From Candidatus Dojkabacteria bacterium (GTDB lineage Bacteria; Patescibacteriota; Dojkabacteria; JAOAGR01), in the NCBI GenBank assembly GCA_048615375.1, contig JBMCLJ010000005.1, forward strand, positions 1 through 31,527: a DNA stretch of 31,527 nucleotides, read 5' to 3'. A model generated the notes under the pieces. The model saw only the letters and a program-made list of their open reading frames with translations. It was not told the DNA's origin and did no database searches. Shown here one piece after another: positions 1 through 8,681 of the stretch (its first letter is position 1; each line of letters begins with the position of its first letter). The translations under genes and the position numbers were made by a program.

Positions 1-80
1 GCTCTATCAAAATCATCAACTTTAATTTCTACCTCCTCAACTCCATCTAGCGACTGGGAAACAACTTTTTTATAGGTCAT
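1..80 (-). CDS. hypothetical protein, C-terminal part lies beyond window start (begins MTYKKVVSQSLDGVEEVEIKVDDFDRA...)
   Basis: ATG at 78-80 on the minus strand with an AGGT SD-like sequence upstream. Reading frame stays open to position 1. Absent from the supplied track because it is under 60 aa inside the window. Confidence 0.25.
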   Translation of the reverse strand, partial: MTYKKVVSQSLDGVEEVEIKVDDFDR

Positions 81-183
81 AGTTACCTGATCCACTTCGT
101 TTTGGGATCTCCATTTGGGGATCTCCAACTCGATCAAGAGATCAAAAGCATTCACTCCCTTCAATTACACATGTAACGAGTGC

Positions 184-672
184 TTAATTGCAGCCCTTAC
201 ACTCTTCTTGCTTTCTCGCTCTACGTAGTTGCTCCATAAAAATATCTTGCATTATTCCCGCATGCAGATGTAACTCTGTTAGACATCTGGATTTAATAAA
301 CTCAGCATTTATATTTGGATTACTATCTGATTCAGCGGGAATTCCATAATACACTTCAGTAATTTTGGCTTTAATAATTGCTGACAAACACATAGAACAA
401 GACTCAGCATTGGAGAAAATTAAACAAGTATTTAATTTTTTACTTCGTAATAATTGACCTGCCTTCCGAAGAGCAAGGATTTCTGCGTGTGCAGTTGGAT
501 CATGAGAGGTATTTGTTTGGTTATGAGCTTTCACCAGTATAGTACCATCCCTATCAGTAATCACAGCAGCCCAGGGAGGGTTACCTTCAGCAATACCATC
601 TTCAACTTCCTGATATACAATTTTCATTATTTCTTCGATTCTTCTGTTTGAGACCATAGATTTATTGTGCAT
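184..672 (-). CDS. tadA: tRNA-specific adenosine deaminase (CDA-fold deaminase, TadA-like)
   Basis: Zinc-binding HAEILAL and CSMC (PCxxC-type) motifs, about 160 aa, overall TadA-like architecture. The 184..717 ORF has a hydrophobic, non-conserved N-terminal extension. The internal Met at 672 (MHNKSMVSN...) or 657 is the more plausible start. Confidence 0.8.
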   Translation of the reverse strand: MHNKSMVSNRRIEEIMKIVYQEVEDGIAEGNPPWAAVITDRDGTILVKAHNQTNTSHDPTAHAEILALRKAGQLLRSKKLNTCLIFSNAESCSMCLSAIIKAKITEVYYGIPAESDSNPNINAEFIKSRCLTELHLHAGIMQDIFMEQLRRARKQEECKGCN

Positions 673-844
673 TATATCAGGACTTCTGCAAAAGCGTAGG
701 AAAAAGAAAAGATGCATTTTAGTTGTATTCAGTATCTCGAAGCTCTCAGGTGGCTGAGAAAGAAACGTGCTTTAGACGAATCTCAACTTGAAAGGCTGGA
801 ATGTTGTATGGAAGTTCATGGCGAACTATGTATTATGTCAAATA

Positions 845-894
845 ATAGTATCATACTCCCATATTTTGATATAAATAAAGGAGTATGATACTAT
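845..894. promoter_or_regulatory. perfect 15-bp inverted repeat (ATAGTATCATACTCC / GGAGTATGATACTAT) with 20-nt spacer, overlapping the AAGGAG RBS of the downstream AAA ATPase gene
   Basis: Read directly from the sequence: 845-859 and 880-894 are exact reverse complements. The site lies in the tadA / AAA-ATPase divergent intergenic region. Confidence 0.45.
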
Positions 895-905
895 ATCTTT
901 ATTAA

Positions 906-2084
906 ATGGAAAGAAGTATAACTTTTAAAATAAAAGAGGAACTTCAGAAGCCCACTAACAAAGTTATTCTTTTGATTGGTCAGAGGCAAGTTGGCAAGAC
1001 TACTGAGCTTCGAAAAGTTCAAAAGAATTATCCTACATCTCAATACTTCGATTTTGAGGACATAGGCGTGCAAGATCTTTTCCAACCTTCAGTTCAGATT
1101 CTTGAAAGCATTGTTGGCGATCGAGAGGATGAGAGAATCGTTTTGTTTGATGAAATCCAGTATTTGAATAATGCAGGATCAATTCTAAAGCTGCTTCATG
1201 ATCATTTCCCGCAAACAAAGATAATTGCTACCGGATCAGCAACATTCCTGTTGTTAAAAAATATTGGTGACAGCCTTTATGGAAGAAATATTGTTTTTGA
1301 GATGCACCCGTTAACGTATCGGGAAATTGTTGAAGATACGCGGAATAGAGATTTCGGTATAGGAGAGTACAATAAACTACTTAACAAACCGGTTATTGAC
1401 GCAAAGTTACATGATTTATTACTATATGGAAGCCTACCCGAAGTTTTTTTAGAAAACGCTTCCAGAAAAAAAGTACTTTTAAATAACTACATTACCAGTT
1501 TATTATTTAAAGATGCTTTGGAAATTGAAGGGATTAGAATGCCTCAAGTTTTTAAGAATTTGTTAAGACTTCTTGCGTTGCAAATAGGAAGTGAAATTAA
1601 TTCCAACGAACTTGCAACTCAACTTAATATTGATAGGAAAACTGTTCTAGAATATATAGGAATATATGAAAAATTTAAAATTATTTATGTTTTAAGCTCT
1701 TTTAGTACAAATGAGCGAAAGGAAATATCGAAAGGATTCAAAATTTATTTCTCTGATTTAGGAATTAGAAATGCCTTGATAAATAATTTTGTACATATTG
1801 ATAACCGTACAGACACTGGGTGTCTATTTGAAAATCTTGTGATAAATAATTTAAGGCAAAACTTTGATTATTTTAATCAACCGTATAAATTACATTTCTG
1901 GCGAACCTATACACAATCTGAGGTTGATGTCATTCTGACCAGCAATATTTCTGATGAAATCATTCCAATTGAAATCAAATACAATAATTTGAAACAACCT
2001 TCAAAATCTTTTTTTAACGAATATAAAGAAAAAATTTCCAGAAGCTACTGCATCAATAAAGATAATTTGTGGAAATTTATTTAG
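906..2084 (+). CDS. AAA+ ATPase, DUF4143-containing (COG1373-type predicted ATPase)
   Basis: Walker A GQRQVGKTT near the N-terminus and a Walker B-like VLFDEIQ. The length and C-terminal region are typical of the AAA_14 + DUF4143 family. Strong AAGGAG SD. Confidence 0.7.
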   Translation: MERSITFKIKEELQKPTNKVILLIGQRQVGKTTELRKVQKNYPTSQYFDFEDIGVQDLFQPSVQILESIVGDREDERIVLFDEIQYLNNAGSILKLLHDHFPQTKIIATGSATFLLLKNIGDSLYGRNIVFEMHPLTYREIVEDTRNRDFGIGEYNKLLNKPVIDAKLHDLLLYGSLPEVFLENASRKKVLLNNYITSLLFKDALEIEGIRMPQVFKNLLRLLALQIGSEINSNELATQLNIDRKTVLEYIGIYEKFKIIYVLSSFSTNERKEISKGFKIYFSDLGIRNALINNFVHIDNRTDTGCLFENLVINNLRQNFDYFNQPYKLHFWRTYTQSEVDVILTSNISDEIIPIEIKYNNLKQPSKSFFNEYKEKISRSYCINKDNLWKFI

Positions 2085-2465
2085 AAAAAGGAAGACAAGC
2101 ATTGAGATTGCTTGAAAATGTAGTAATCACATGCAAAGGCGTCCCTTTTTTTGAAAAAAATGTAAAAGGGATAGCAAAAGATTTAAATAACAGATTATGA
2201 CCGTCAATGACCAAAGCATTTTTCATAGTAGTAACAAAATAATCTTAAAGTTACCTCCTATGAGCCATAGTTCTGATTTAACAGATCGGAGTAAAATAGT
2301 ATACATATTTTTTGGAAAATATTAAATGATACAAGATGGAAGCTGAGATTCATGCTCAGCTTGACGAAGTGACCCTGGCGAAGTGGATGACCAAGAAAGA
2401 GATTTCTGAAGCGGATACGTTTGAATCTGTAAAAGGATTCACTGAAAAGTATTAAAGGTAAAGAA

Positions 2466-4112
2466 TCAACTATTCTTCTCCCTGATCTCACTATGTTTTA
2501 TCTCATATACTTTGTCAACTCCAACCTTCTCAAGAAAATACGTATCGTGTGACACAATAAGTAATGTCCCGTCATAGTTTTTCAGCGCATTTTCAAGCAC
2601 TTCTCTACTCGCGATATCAAGATGATTTGTAGGCTCATCGAGAATTAAAAAGTTGTGTTCTCCGGCAAGGAGTTTCGCTAAGACCAGCTTTGATTTCTCT
2701 CCCTGAGAGAGGTCACCTACTTTTTGCCTCAATTGTTCATACGTAAATAGAAGTTTATGAAGATAATTTCCAGCATCTTTTTCGCTCATCTTGAACTCCC
2801 GACGGAAATCATCGATGACTGTAAGATTAAGATCGATACCTTCATGCTCCTGAGCGTAAAATCCGCATGTAACATTTGGACCGAGTTTAATCTCCCCAGT
2901 ATCTGAGTTAATTCGTGCAATGATGCTCTTGATCAGCGAAGTCTTTCCCGAACCGTTCTCGCCGGCTATCGCAGCTCTCTCCCCTCGACGAAGTTCGAGA
3001 TCTACATTTTTTACAAGAACCTTTCCTGCTATCTCAAGATCGAAGTTATGTACACGTAGTATGAAGTCTCCAGTTCTTCCAGTAGAGTTCACTTCGAACC
3101 CCATATTCCTCTGCTTCACAGGTGCAATCGTTTGATTTCTGAGTAGCTGGTTGTCAATACGTTTCTGCATCATTTTTACTGAGCGGAACTTCTTACCTGC
3201 TTTATTCCTCATAATTGTCCTTGAATGCCTCCCGTATGTTTTCTTATCTGGTCTCTGGTAGTGCTGCTTTTTTGCAAGAGATGCTTTCGCGTGAGCTGCG
3301 GCTGTGAGCTTCTCAACTTTTCTATTCGTCTGCTTTATCTCTTCGAGGTTTCTCTCGATCTCAGTCTGTTTTGCACTGTAAAAATCGTTGTAATTTCCTG
3401 TATAAAGCTTCGCATTCCCTTTCTCCAGTTCGAGTATTTGATTTGATGTCTTATTCAAGAAGTTTCTATCATGAGAGACAATTATGGTTATCCCCCGCCT
3501 TTTTTGTATATATTTCACCAGCCATTCACTCGACTCAACATCAAGGTGATTGGTAGGTTCATCGAGGAGGAGAACATCCGGATTCTGGATTAAAACTTTG
3601 GCGAGTTGGAGTCGTGTTTTCTGCCCTCCACTCAGTGTCGTAATAGTTGTTTCAGGTTTAAATCCAGCAAGTCCGAGCTGCACGAGAGCATGATCGATTT
3701 CTCCCTGAATCCTATATCCTCCCTGCTCATCGAATGCCGTCTGCAATGCAATCAGCGTATCAACATCACCTTCCTGATAATTCTCGATCAAAGTGTTTAT
3801 CTCTCTGTATAATCTATAAACATTCTCAAAGCTGCTCAAAATATACTCCTCAATGCTCACTCCTTCTAAGTTTTGAGTATCAATAAACTGCGTATGATAG
3901 CCGATTGTCGCGTCTTGTTTAGAGAATATGACCTTGCCCGAGTCCGCTTCCAGCACACCAGCAATCAGTTGCAGGAGTGTAGTTTTACCTTCCCCGTTTC
4001 TCCCGACTATACCGAGCACTGTCCCTTCTGAAAATGTAAAGTTCAGATTTTCCAGCAATGGTTTTTGTTCACTAAATGATTTCTGTAATTCTAAAAGTTG
4101 TATAAAAAACAT
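2466..4112 (-). CDS. ABC-F family ATP-binding cassette protein (two tandem ABC ATPase domains joined by a long charged linker, no transmembrane domain)
   Basis: Two Walker A motifs (GRNGEGKTT, GENGSGKTS), two ABC signatures (LSGGQKTRL, LSQGEKSKL), two Walker B motifs (LLLDEPTNHLD, LILDEPTNHLD) and a basic interdomain linker of about 80 aa. The ATG at 4112 is preferred over the TTG at 4226, which would add a hydrophobic non-conserved extension. Confidence 0.85.
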   Translation of the reverse strand: MFFIQLLELQKSFSEQKPLLENLNFTFSEGTVLGIVGRNGEGKTTLLQLIAGVLEADSGKVIFSKQDATIGYHTQFIDTQNLEGVSIEEYILSSFENVYRLYREINTLIENYQEGDVDTLIALQTAFDEQGGYRIQGEIDHALVQLGLAGFKPETTITTLSGGQKTRLQLAKVLIQNPDVLLLDEPTNHLDVESSEWLVKYIQKRRGITIIVSHDRNFLNKTSNQILELEKGNAKLYTGNYNDFYSAKQTEIERNLEEIKQTNRKVEKLTAAAHAKASLAKKQHYQRPDKKTYGRHSRTIMRNKAGKKFRSVKMMQKRIDNQLLRNQTIAPVKQRNMGFEVNSTGRTGDFILRVHNFDLEIAGKVLVKNVDLELRRGERAAIAGENGSGKTSLIKSIIARINSDTGEIKLGPNVTCGFYAQEHEGIDLNLTVIDDFRREFKMSEKDAGNYLHKLLFTYEQLRQKVGDLSQGEKSKLVLAKLLAGEHNFLILDEPTNHLDIASREVLENALKNYDGTLLIVSHDTYFLEKVGVDKVYEIKHSEIREKNS

Positions 4113-4320
4113 ATAAACGTTTTCTCTTAAGTAATTCTCTGCATAAATGCAGAAAAGATTTTCGTACTTAAGAGAAAACTTATTAAAGGAGATAAAATAG
4201 ATATAACACAATAACAGTACTCTCAAGTACTAATTATTTGATTGTTATATTTAGATCCGTCATAGTCCGTCCTAGTTATAGGACATGATAGTATAGCATA
4301 CTTTGGGAAAGTAAATCAAA
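4113..4320 (-). promoter_or_regulatory. ABC-F 5' leader: sigma70-like promoter (TTGATT-18-TATACT, minus strand, about 4290-4319), 9-codon uORF MTDLNITIK (4234..4263, minus) with AGGA SD, and nested palindromes (15-bp arms 4119-4133 / 4165-4179 around an inner TCTGCAT..ATGCAGA hairpin) abutting the main start codon
   Basis: All elements read directly from the minus strand. The outer palindrome arm includes the purine-rich stretch just 5' of the ATG. Confidence 0.45.
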
Positions 4321-4670
4321 TCTCATTAGATCAGGTGGAGTCAAATTCTTAATTTAAATTGATATGTTGTAATCACTTTATCCTGGGCATACCCTCGGTT
4401 TCCATCTAAAATATCAGAGATAATACATAATCTACGGTGCAACCTCTCCTAAATTTGATTTTACTTTAACTGTATCTGAATGAGAATAATTTCTTCATCT
4501 ATTGTATCAATTTTCAAGATCATTGTCCCAACTTTCTAAATAATAATGAATAGAATTCAGTACTACCTGAGTAAACGTTTCAAAGCCTTCTCCTGTACCA
4601 CCGCATGCCCTGAGCCATAAGGGATAAAATATCGTAAAATCCTCATCTCAAAAGACATCAGGTACTTAGC

Positions 4671-5216
4671 TTATTCTCCCAGAAGATCGCGAAACCTCTT
4701 AAAAATCTTCGAAGTCACTGCATAACTCTGCTTTTCATCAAAAGTCATTTCAGCGAATGTCCTTGTATCACCCTCCGGGATAAATATCACGTCCCAATGA
4801 TACCCATTAGTACCTCTCGGTTCAGTTGGAAGCGTTCCATGTACTGTTTCTTCAATGAAATATGTTTTCTCACCATCATAGTAGCCAAGAACGGTAGTCC
4901 ATGTACAGCCAAATTGATTAAAAAGTTTGGCAATTTCGCAGGTTTTATCTGCACCTACAGTTTTTTCAAAGTACCATTTGATAAACGGTCCGGGAAAAGA
5001 ATTTAAACAGTCAAGAAAAAGCGATGCATCCATAACGAAACAGGGTTTTTCTACTCTTTCATAAGCGTATTTGAGCTTATATTCTACAATTTCTTTTGGA
5101 TCCAAACTTTGTATCTCTGGAACGTCAAAATCTATATTCTCTATTTCAAAGTCTGGCAGAAGCTTTTGAGCGTCTGCCACTTTATATTTATTTTGTGTAA
5201 CAAATGTAATTTTCAT
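4671..5216 (-). CDS. non-canonical purine NTP pyrophosphatase (Ham1/RdgB/ITPase family)
   Basis: Family-typical N-terminus (KITFVTQNKYK), the DASLFLDCLNSFPGPFIKW segment (equivalent of DDSGL..L.G.PG.YSAR) and the C-terminal GTNGYHWDVIFIPEG...FAEM..DEK motif. Confidence 0.7.
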   Translation of the reverse strand: MKITFVTQNKYKVADAQKLLPDFEIENIDFDVPEIQSLDPKEIVEYKLKYAYERVEKPCFVMDASLFLDCLNSFPGPFIKWYFEKTVGADKTCEIAKLFNQFGCTWTTVLGYYDGEKTYFIEETVHGTLPTEPRGTNGYHWDVIFIPEGDTRTFAEMTFDEKQSYAVTSKIFKRFRDLLGE

Positions 5217-5227
5217 AGTGTACTTTC

Positions 5228-6220
5228 TTAAAATTTTTCAACAAACCCCATCAAATCCTTTACTTTCGCAATTTGCAACGAAGAGATCTTTCTCGCCTCA
5301 ATCAGACCTTTTTCGATAATAGCATTTACATATTCGGGATTACTGGAAATTTCAAAGTACTTTTTCTGGAAATTTACCAGAAACTGATACATTATCTCTG
5401 CAAGATCCTTCTTAAAATCCGCATAGCCTTTACCTTCGTATTGTAAAACGACTTGCTCGACACTGATACCTGCAAACAAAGAATAAATATCAATAAGGTT
5501 GGAGACTTCAGGACGATTTTCCGGGTCATATGCAATTGTCCCGACACTATCTGTTACCGCTCGCTTAATCTTTTTTACGGCTGAGTCCGGACTTTCCAGT
5601 AATTGAATAACTCCACTTTGATCATGATCACTTTTACTCATTTTCTTGTTTGGATGTTGAAGGTTTCTGGTTCGCGACCCGACAACCGGCAGAACTGCCT
5701 GAGGATAAGAAAATATTTCTCCATAAACCCTGTTAATTCTCTGGGCAATGTCACGTGTTAGTTCCACGTGCTTCTGTTGATCAGCTCCAACAGGAATAAA
5801 AACGGGATTATAAAGTAGAATATCTGCTGCCATTAATGCAGGATAATTCATTAACCCCATTGATGCATCAATTCCATACTTCTTAACCTTCTCTTTGTAC
5901 TGGATCATATTTTGCATCCATGTTACTGGAATTACGCAATCAAATAACCATGCAAGATATGAGTGGTCGGGATTTTGTGATTGAAGAAAGAAGTGGCAGT
6001 TATCCTTTTCAAAGCCAGCTGCAAGATAGCAGATCAAAACTTCACGGATAATATCTCCAAGCTTTTTCGGCTCCCATTTGGTTGTGATACCATGCAAATC
6101 TGCAACAAAGAAAATACATTTGTTATCTCGGGAAAATCTAAGTGCGTTATGAATCGCACCAATATAATTTCCAATATGCATATTACCTGATGCGGTAATT
6201 CCGGTTAAAATTGTTTTCAT
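5228..6220 (-). CDS. trpS: tryptophanyl-tRNA synthetase
   Basis: Class I aaRS with a HIGH-like motif (NMHIGNYIGA) and KMSKS. The 330-aa size and overall similarity match bacterial TrpRS. Confidence 0.9.
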   Translation of the reverse strand: MKTILTGITASGNMHIGNYIGAIHNALRFSRDNKCIFFVADLHGITTKWEPKKLGDIIREVLICYLAAGFEKDNCHFFLQSQNPDHSYLAWLFDCVIPVTWMQNMIQYKEKVKKYGIDASMGLMNYPALMAADILLYNPVFIPVGADQQKHVELTRDIAQRINRVYGEIFSYPQAVLPVVGSRTRNLQHPNKKMSKSDHDQSGVIQLLESPDSAVKKIKRAVTDSVGTIAYDPENRPEVSNLIDIYSLFAGISVEQVVLQYEGKGYADFKKDLAEIMYQFLVNFQKKYFEISSNPEYVNAIIEKGLIEARKISSLQIAKVKDLMGFVEKF

Positions 6221-6251
6221 AAAGATTTTGTATTACGTACGTAAAAATATA

Positions 6252-6977
6252 TTAAGCATAAGAGTTTATCTGTTCCAGAGCATTTTCTTCAGAGAAGTAA
6301 TTTTCAAGAAGCTTGTCTGCAAGTAAATCAAGTGTATCAATTACATTCAGATTCATGTAATGTTCATAAAGTAACGGTAATTCGGTACATCCAAGAATCA
6401 AAACATCGAGTTCGTTTTCCAAATAAAAGGTTTTACATATTTTGTTAAAAACTACTCGATCTTCATCAATTATTTGATTATTAATCTGTTTTACAATAAG
6501 TTTGCCAAGAATTGTTTTCGTTTTCTCATCAGGTTTTATTACTATAAATTCTTCAAGAGCATTATCATAAAGCTTTGATTCTAACGTTGTTGGAGATGCC
6601 GTAAGACCTACTTTTTTATGGTTTTGCTTGATACATTCATCTTTAACCGTATCAATTATTGAGATAAAAGGTACTTTTACCTGCTGCTGTAATTCAGGCA
6701 GCAGGAGATGAACAGTGTTGCACGCAAGGCATAAAGAAGTTGCACCGAATGCTTCCATTCTTTTTGCTCTATTAATTAGCATTTGGCATGCTTTAACTTT
6801 ATGTACCTCATTAAGCAGAAAATTAGGCACAGGGATAGAATCTATTAAGATTTCTGGATAATTATCTATTGGGTTTTCAAGGTAGTTACTGGTCTTTGTA
6901 ACAAGCAGATCATAAAGTTTGACACTTGCTTGCGGTCCCATTCCACCTAGAATTCCGATTATTTTGTTTTGGTTCAT
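6252..6977 (-). CDS. aspartate/glutamate racemase family protein (aspartate racemase-like)
   Basis: GILGGMGPQAS N-terminal motif and two conserved Cys motifs (LACNTVH, LGCTELP) typical of Asp/Glu racemases. Start is taken at the internal Met (MNQNKIIGILGGMG) because the longer ORF's N-terminus is non-conserved. Confidence 0.8.
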   Translation of the reverse strand: MNQNKIIGILGGMGPQASVKLYDLLVTKTSNYLENPIDNYPEILIDSIPVPNFLLNEVHKVKACQMLINRAKRMEAFGATSLCLACNTVHLLLPELQQQVKVPFISIIDTVKDECIKQNHKKVGLTASPTTLESKLYDNALEEFIVIKPDEKTKTILGKLIVKQINNQIIDEDRVVFNKICKTFYLENELDVLILGCTELPLLYEHYMNLNVIDTLDLLADKLLENYFSEENALEQINSYA

Positions 6978-7410
6978 AGTATAGTTAAAAAGTAAATTAA
7001 TGTGAGGAGATAATGCCGTAACTACCGTAAAAAGGCGTGAAAGCACTAAAGTATCGAGTTAAGGGTAAAAAATGGAAAGGGCTTAAGCCCAGGTGTTACA
7101 TTGAGTTAGAATGTTTGATATTGAGTTGTAAGTTTTATCAGACATTTAACTATAAGTTATATAGTGTCATAGCAGAAAACTTAATTTTTTTAAGTATCCG
7201 ATTTAGTTCACAATGAATTTTACCGAACTAAAATCATAAGCTCATTATAATAGTTACCGTAGCGACAATGATCAACAGGACACTACGTCAATCAATTCAA
7301 AACTGGATAGAGAAGGTGGATGTCGCATCATGAAATATACGAACGGAATAGACAAGCGGTTGGTAAAATGATTACAGAAAACAAAGGTAAATACGTATAA
7401 GGTAAAAATC

Positions 7411-7503
7411 TGGCGGAGAGGGAGGGATTCGAACCCTCGCTAGGGAATAATCCCTACTACAGGTTTAGCAAACCCGCCCCTTCAGCCACTTGGGTACCTC
7501 TCC
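7411..7503 (-). tRNA. tRNA-Ser (anticodon GCU), class II with long variable arm, CCA encoded
   Basis: Manual cloverleaf on the minus strand: acceptor GGAGAGG/CCTCTCC, D-arm CCC-AAGTGGCTGAA-GGG, anticodon stem-loop CGGGT-TTGCTAA-ACCTG, long variable arm, T-arm GAGGG-TTCGAAT-CCCTC, discriminator G + CCA. Confidence 0.85.
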
Positions 7504-7554
7504 TTGTCATAAGACTGTTGAAGTATACACTATAACTTTAAATATGACACTCCC

Positions 7555-8199
7555 CTACTTTTTCCTAACAATATCAAGCGACGTATAGATCAGTCTCATA
7601 CTCACTAACCATGCCAGTCCCGAAATATATCCGCCAAGTACATCCGTTGGATAGTGTACTCCTAAATATACCCTACTTGTCCCTATAAGCACTATGAGAA
7701 CCAAAAATAGTATTAATAGCACGTATTTCAAATAGCGATTAACTGAAAGATGGGATACTATCGCGATACATATCCCATAAAAAATCATACTGTTCATCGC
7801 GTGTCCACTGGGAAAACTATATTGAGGAACAAAAAATAGCGCAGTAATGTCAGGACGCGGTCTACTGAAAATATTTTTTAAAAGTAAGGTAACAAAATAC
7901 CCGAGCGCCACCGTAATAAAAATATACAAGCCGTGAAAAAAATCTCTTCTGAGAACAAACACAGCGATCACCAAAAACACTGAAAAGACAAGATATTCAT
8001 TGCCAAAACCAGTAATAAAGATAAAAACATCAGTCAGGTTACTAGTTCGCAATTCAGCGATCTGCTTGAGCTGATACGACTCAAAGGCTACAACCTCCTG
8101 CACTGTTGTAAGCAGATAGACAAAGATAAAAAATGCTACCAACACAATCAAATAAATAAGATACGTTCTGGATATGGATTTTAAAATATGTGCTCCCAC
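7555..8199 (-). CDS. PAP2-family phosphatase (integral membrane phosphatidic acid phosphatase type 2 / undecaprenyl-PP phosphatase-like)
   Basis: Several hydrophobic helices plus the PAP2 signature motifs KNIFSRPRP, PSGHA and SRVYLGVHYPTDV. Confidence 0.75.
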   Translation of the reverse strand: MGAHILKSISRTYLIYLIVLVAFFIFVYLLTTVQEVVAFESYQLKQIAELRTSNLTDVFIFITGFGNEYLVFSVFLVIAVFVLRRDFFHGLYIFITVALGYFVTLLLKNIFSRPRPDITALFFVPQYSFPSGHAMNSMIFYGICIAIVSHLSVNRYLKYVLLILFLVLIVLIGTSRVYLGVHYPTDVLGGYISGLAWLVSMRLIYTSLDIVRKK

Positions 8200-8279
8200 A
8201 GGGTTGATATTGGATAAAATAGCTACATTATACTACAATACAAACGTTAAGTAATAGATAACTACTAAGTTATAAACAT

Positions 8280-8681
8280 ATGGAACGAGAAAACACAACA
8301 AAAACTCAAGAAAAAGTAAACGAAGCGACTGGTAAAGCGAAATCCAAAACAAGCCAGGCAAAAGAAACTGCCAGGAAGGCTACAAGCAAAACCCAATCTA
8401 CCGCAGCATCCGCGAAACGCAAAGTAGACGAATTCCGCAAAAGCCCACGGGTAGAAGAAATCAAAGTCAAAGGAAAAAATCTGGTAGGTAAGACCAAAGA
8501 TCTGGTAAAAGAGGGTAATGTAAGAAGCTTAACGATTAAAAGCAAAGAAGGTAAAACATTACTTAATGTACCACTTACAATAGGACTTGCCGGTATTGTA
8601 TTAGCACCAACCCTGTCTGCTGTCGCTGTTATAGCGTCTCTGGTAACGGAATGTTCAATTGTTGTCGAAAGAAGAAGCTAA
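8280..8681 (+). CDS. small lysine-rich protein with a C-terminal hydrophobic segment (DUF4342-like)
   Basis: The C-terminal block EGNVRSLTIKSKEGKTLLNVPLTIGLAGIVLAPTLSAVAVIASLVTECSIVVER matches my recollection of the DUF4342 family pattern (EGNVRR.I.K..GKT....PLT.G..GALLAP.LAA.GA.AAL.T.C.I.VER). The N-terminal half is a K/T/A-rich low-complexity region. Confidence 0.45.
   Translation: MERENTTKTQEKVNEATGKAKSKTSQAKETARKATSKTQSTAASAKRKVDEFRKSPRVEEIKVKGKNLVGKTKDLVKEGNVRSLTIKSKEGKTLLNVPLTIGLAGIVLAPTLSAVAVIASLVTECSIVVERRS

Noticed and set aside
184-906. TadA-like deaminase plus adjacent AAA ATPase as a deaminase-based defence pair
   Set aside because: The deaminase has all hallmarks of housekeeping tRNA adenosine deaminase (size, HAE/PCxxC, no extra domains). 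The genes are divergent, not co-oriented.
2258-2491. 77-aa minus-strand ORF
   Set aside because: No SD and low-complexity sequence. It overlaps the stop region of the ABC-F gene, so it is probably spurious.
2920-4116. Several 60-70-aa plus-strand ORFs (2920..3135, 3225..3446, 3371..3556, 3606..3812, 3928..4116)
   Set aside because: All lie antisense inside the well-supported ABC-F gene, which is typical shadow-ORF behaviour.
4113-4226. N-terminal extension of ABC-F from the TTG at 4226
   Set aside because: The extension is hydrophobic and non-conserved and is read across the leader palindromes. The ATG at 4112 gives a canonical ABC-F N-terminus.
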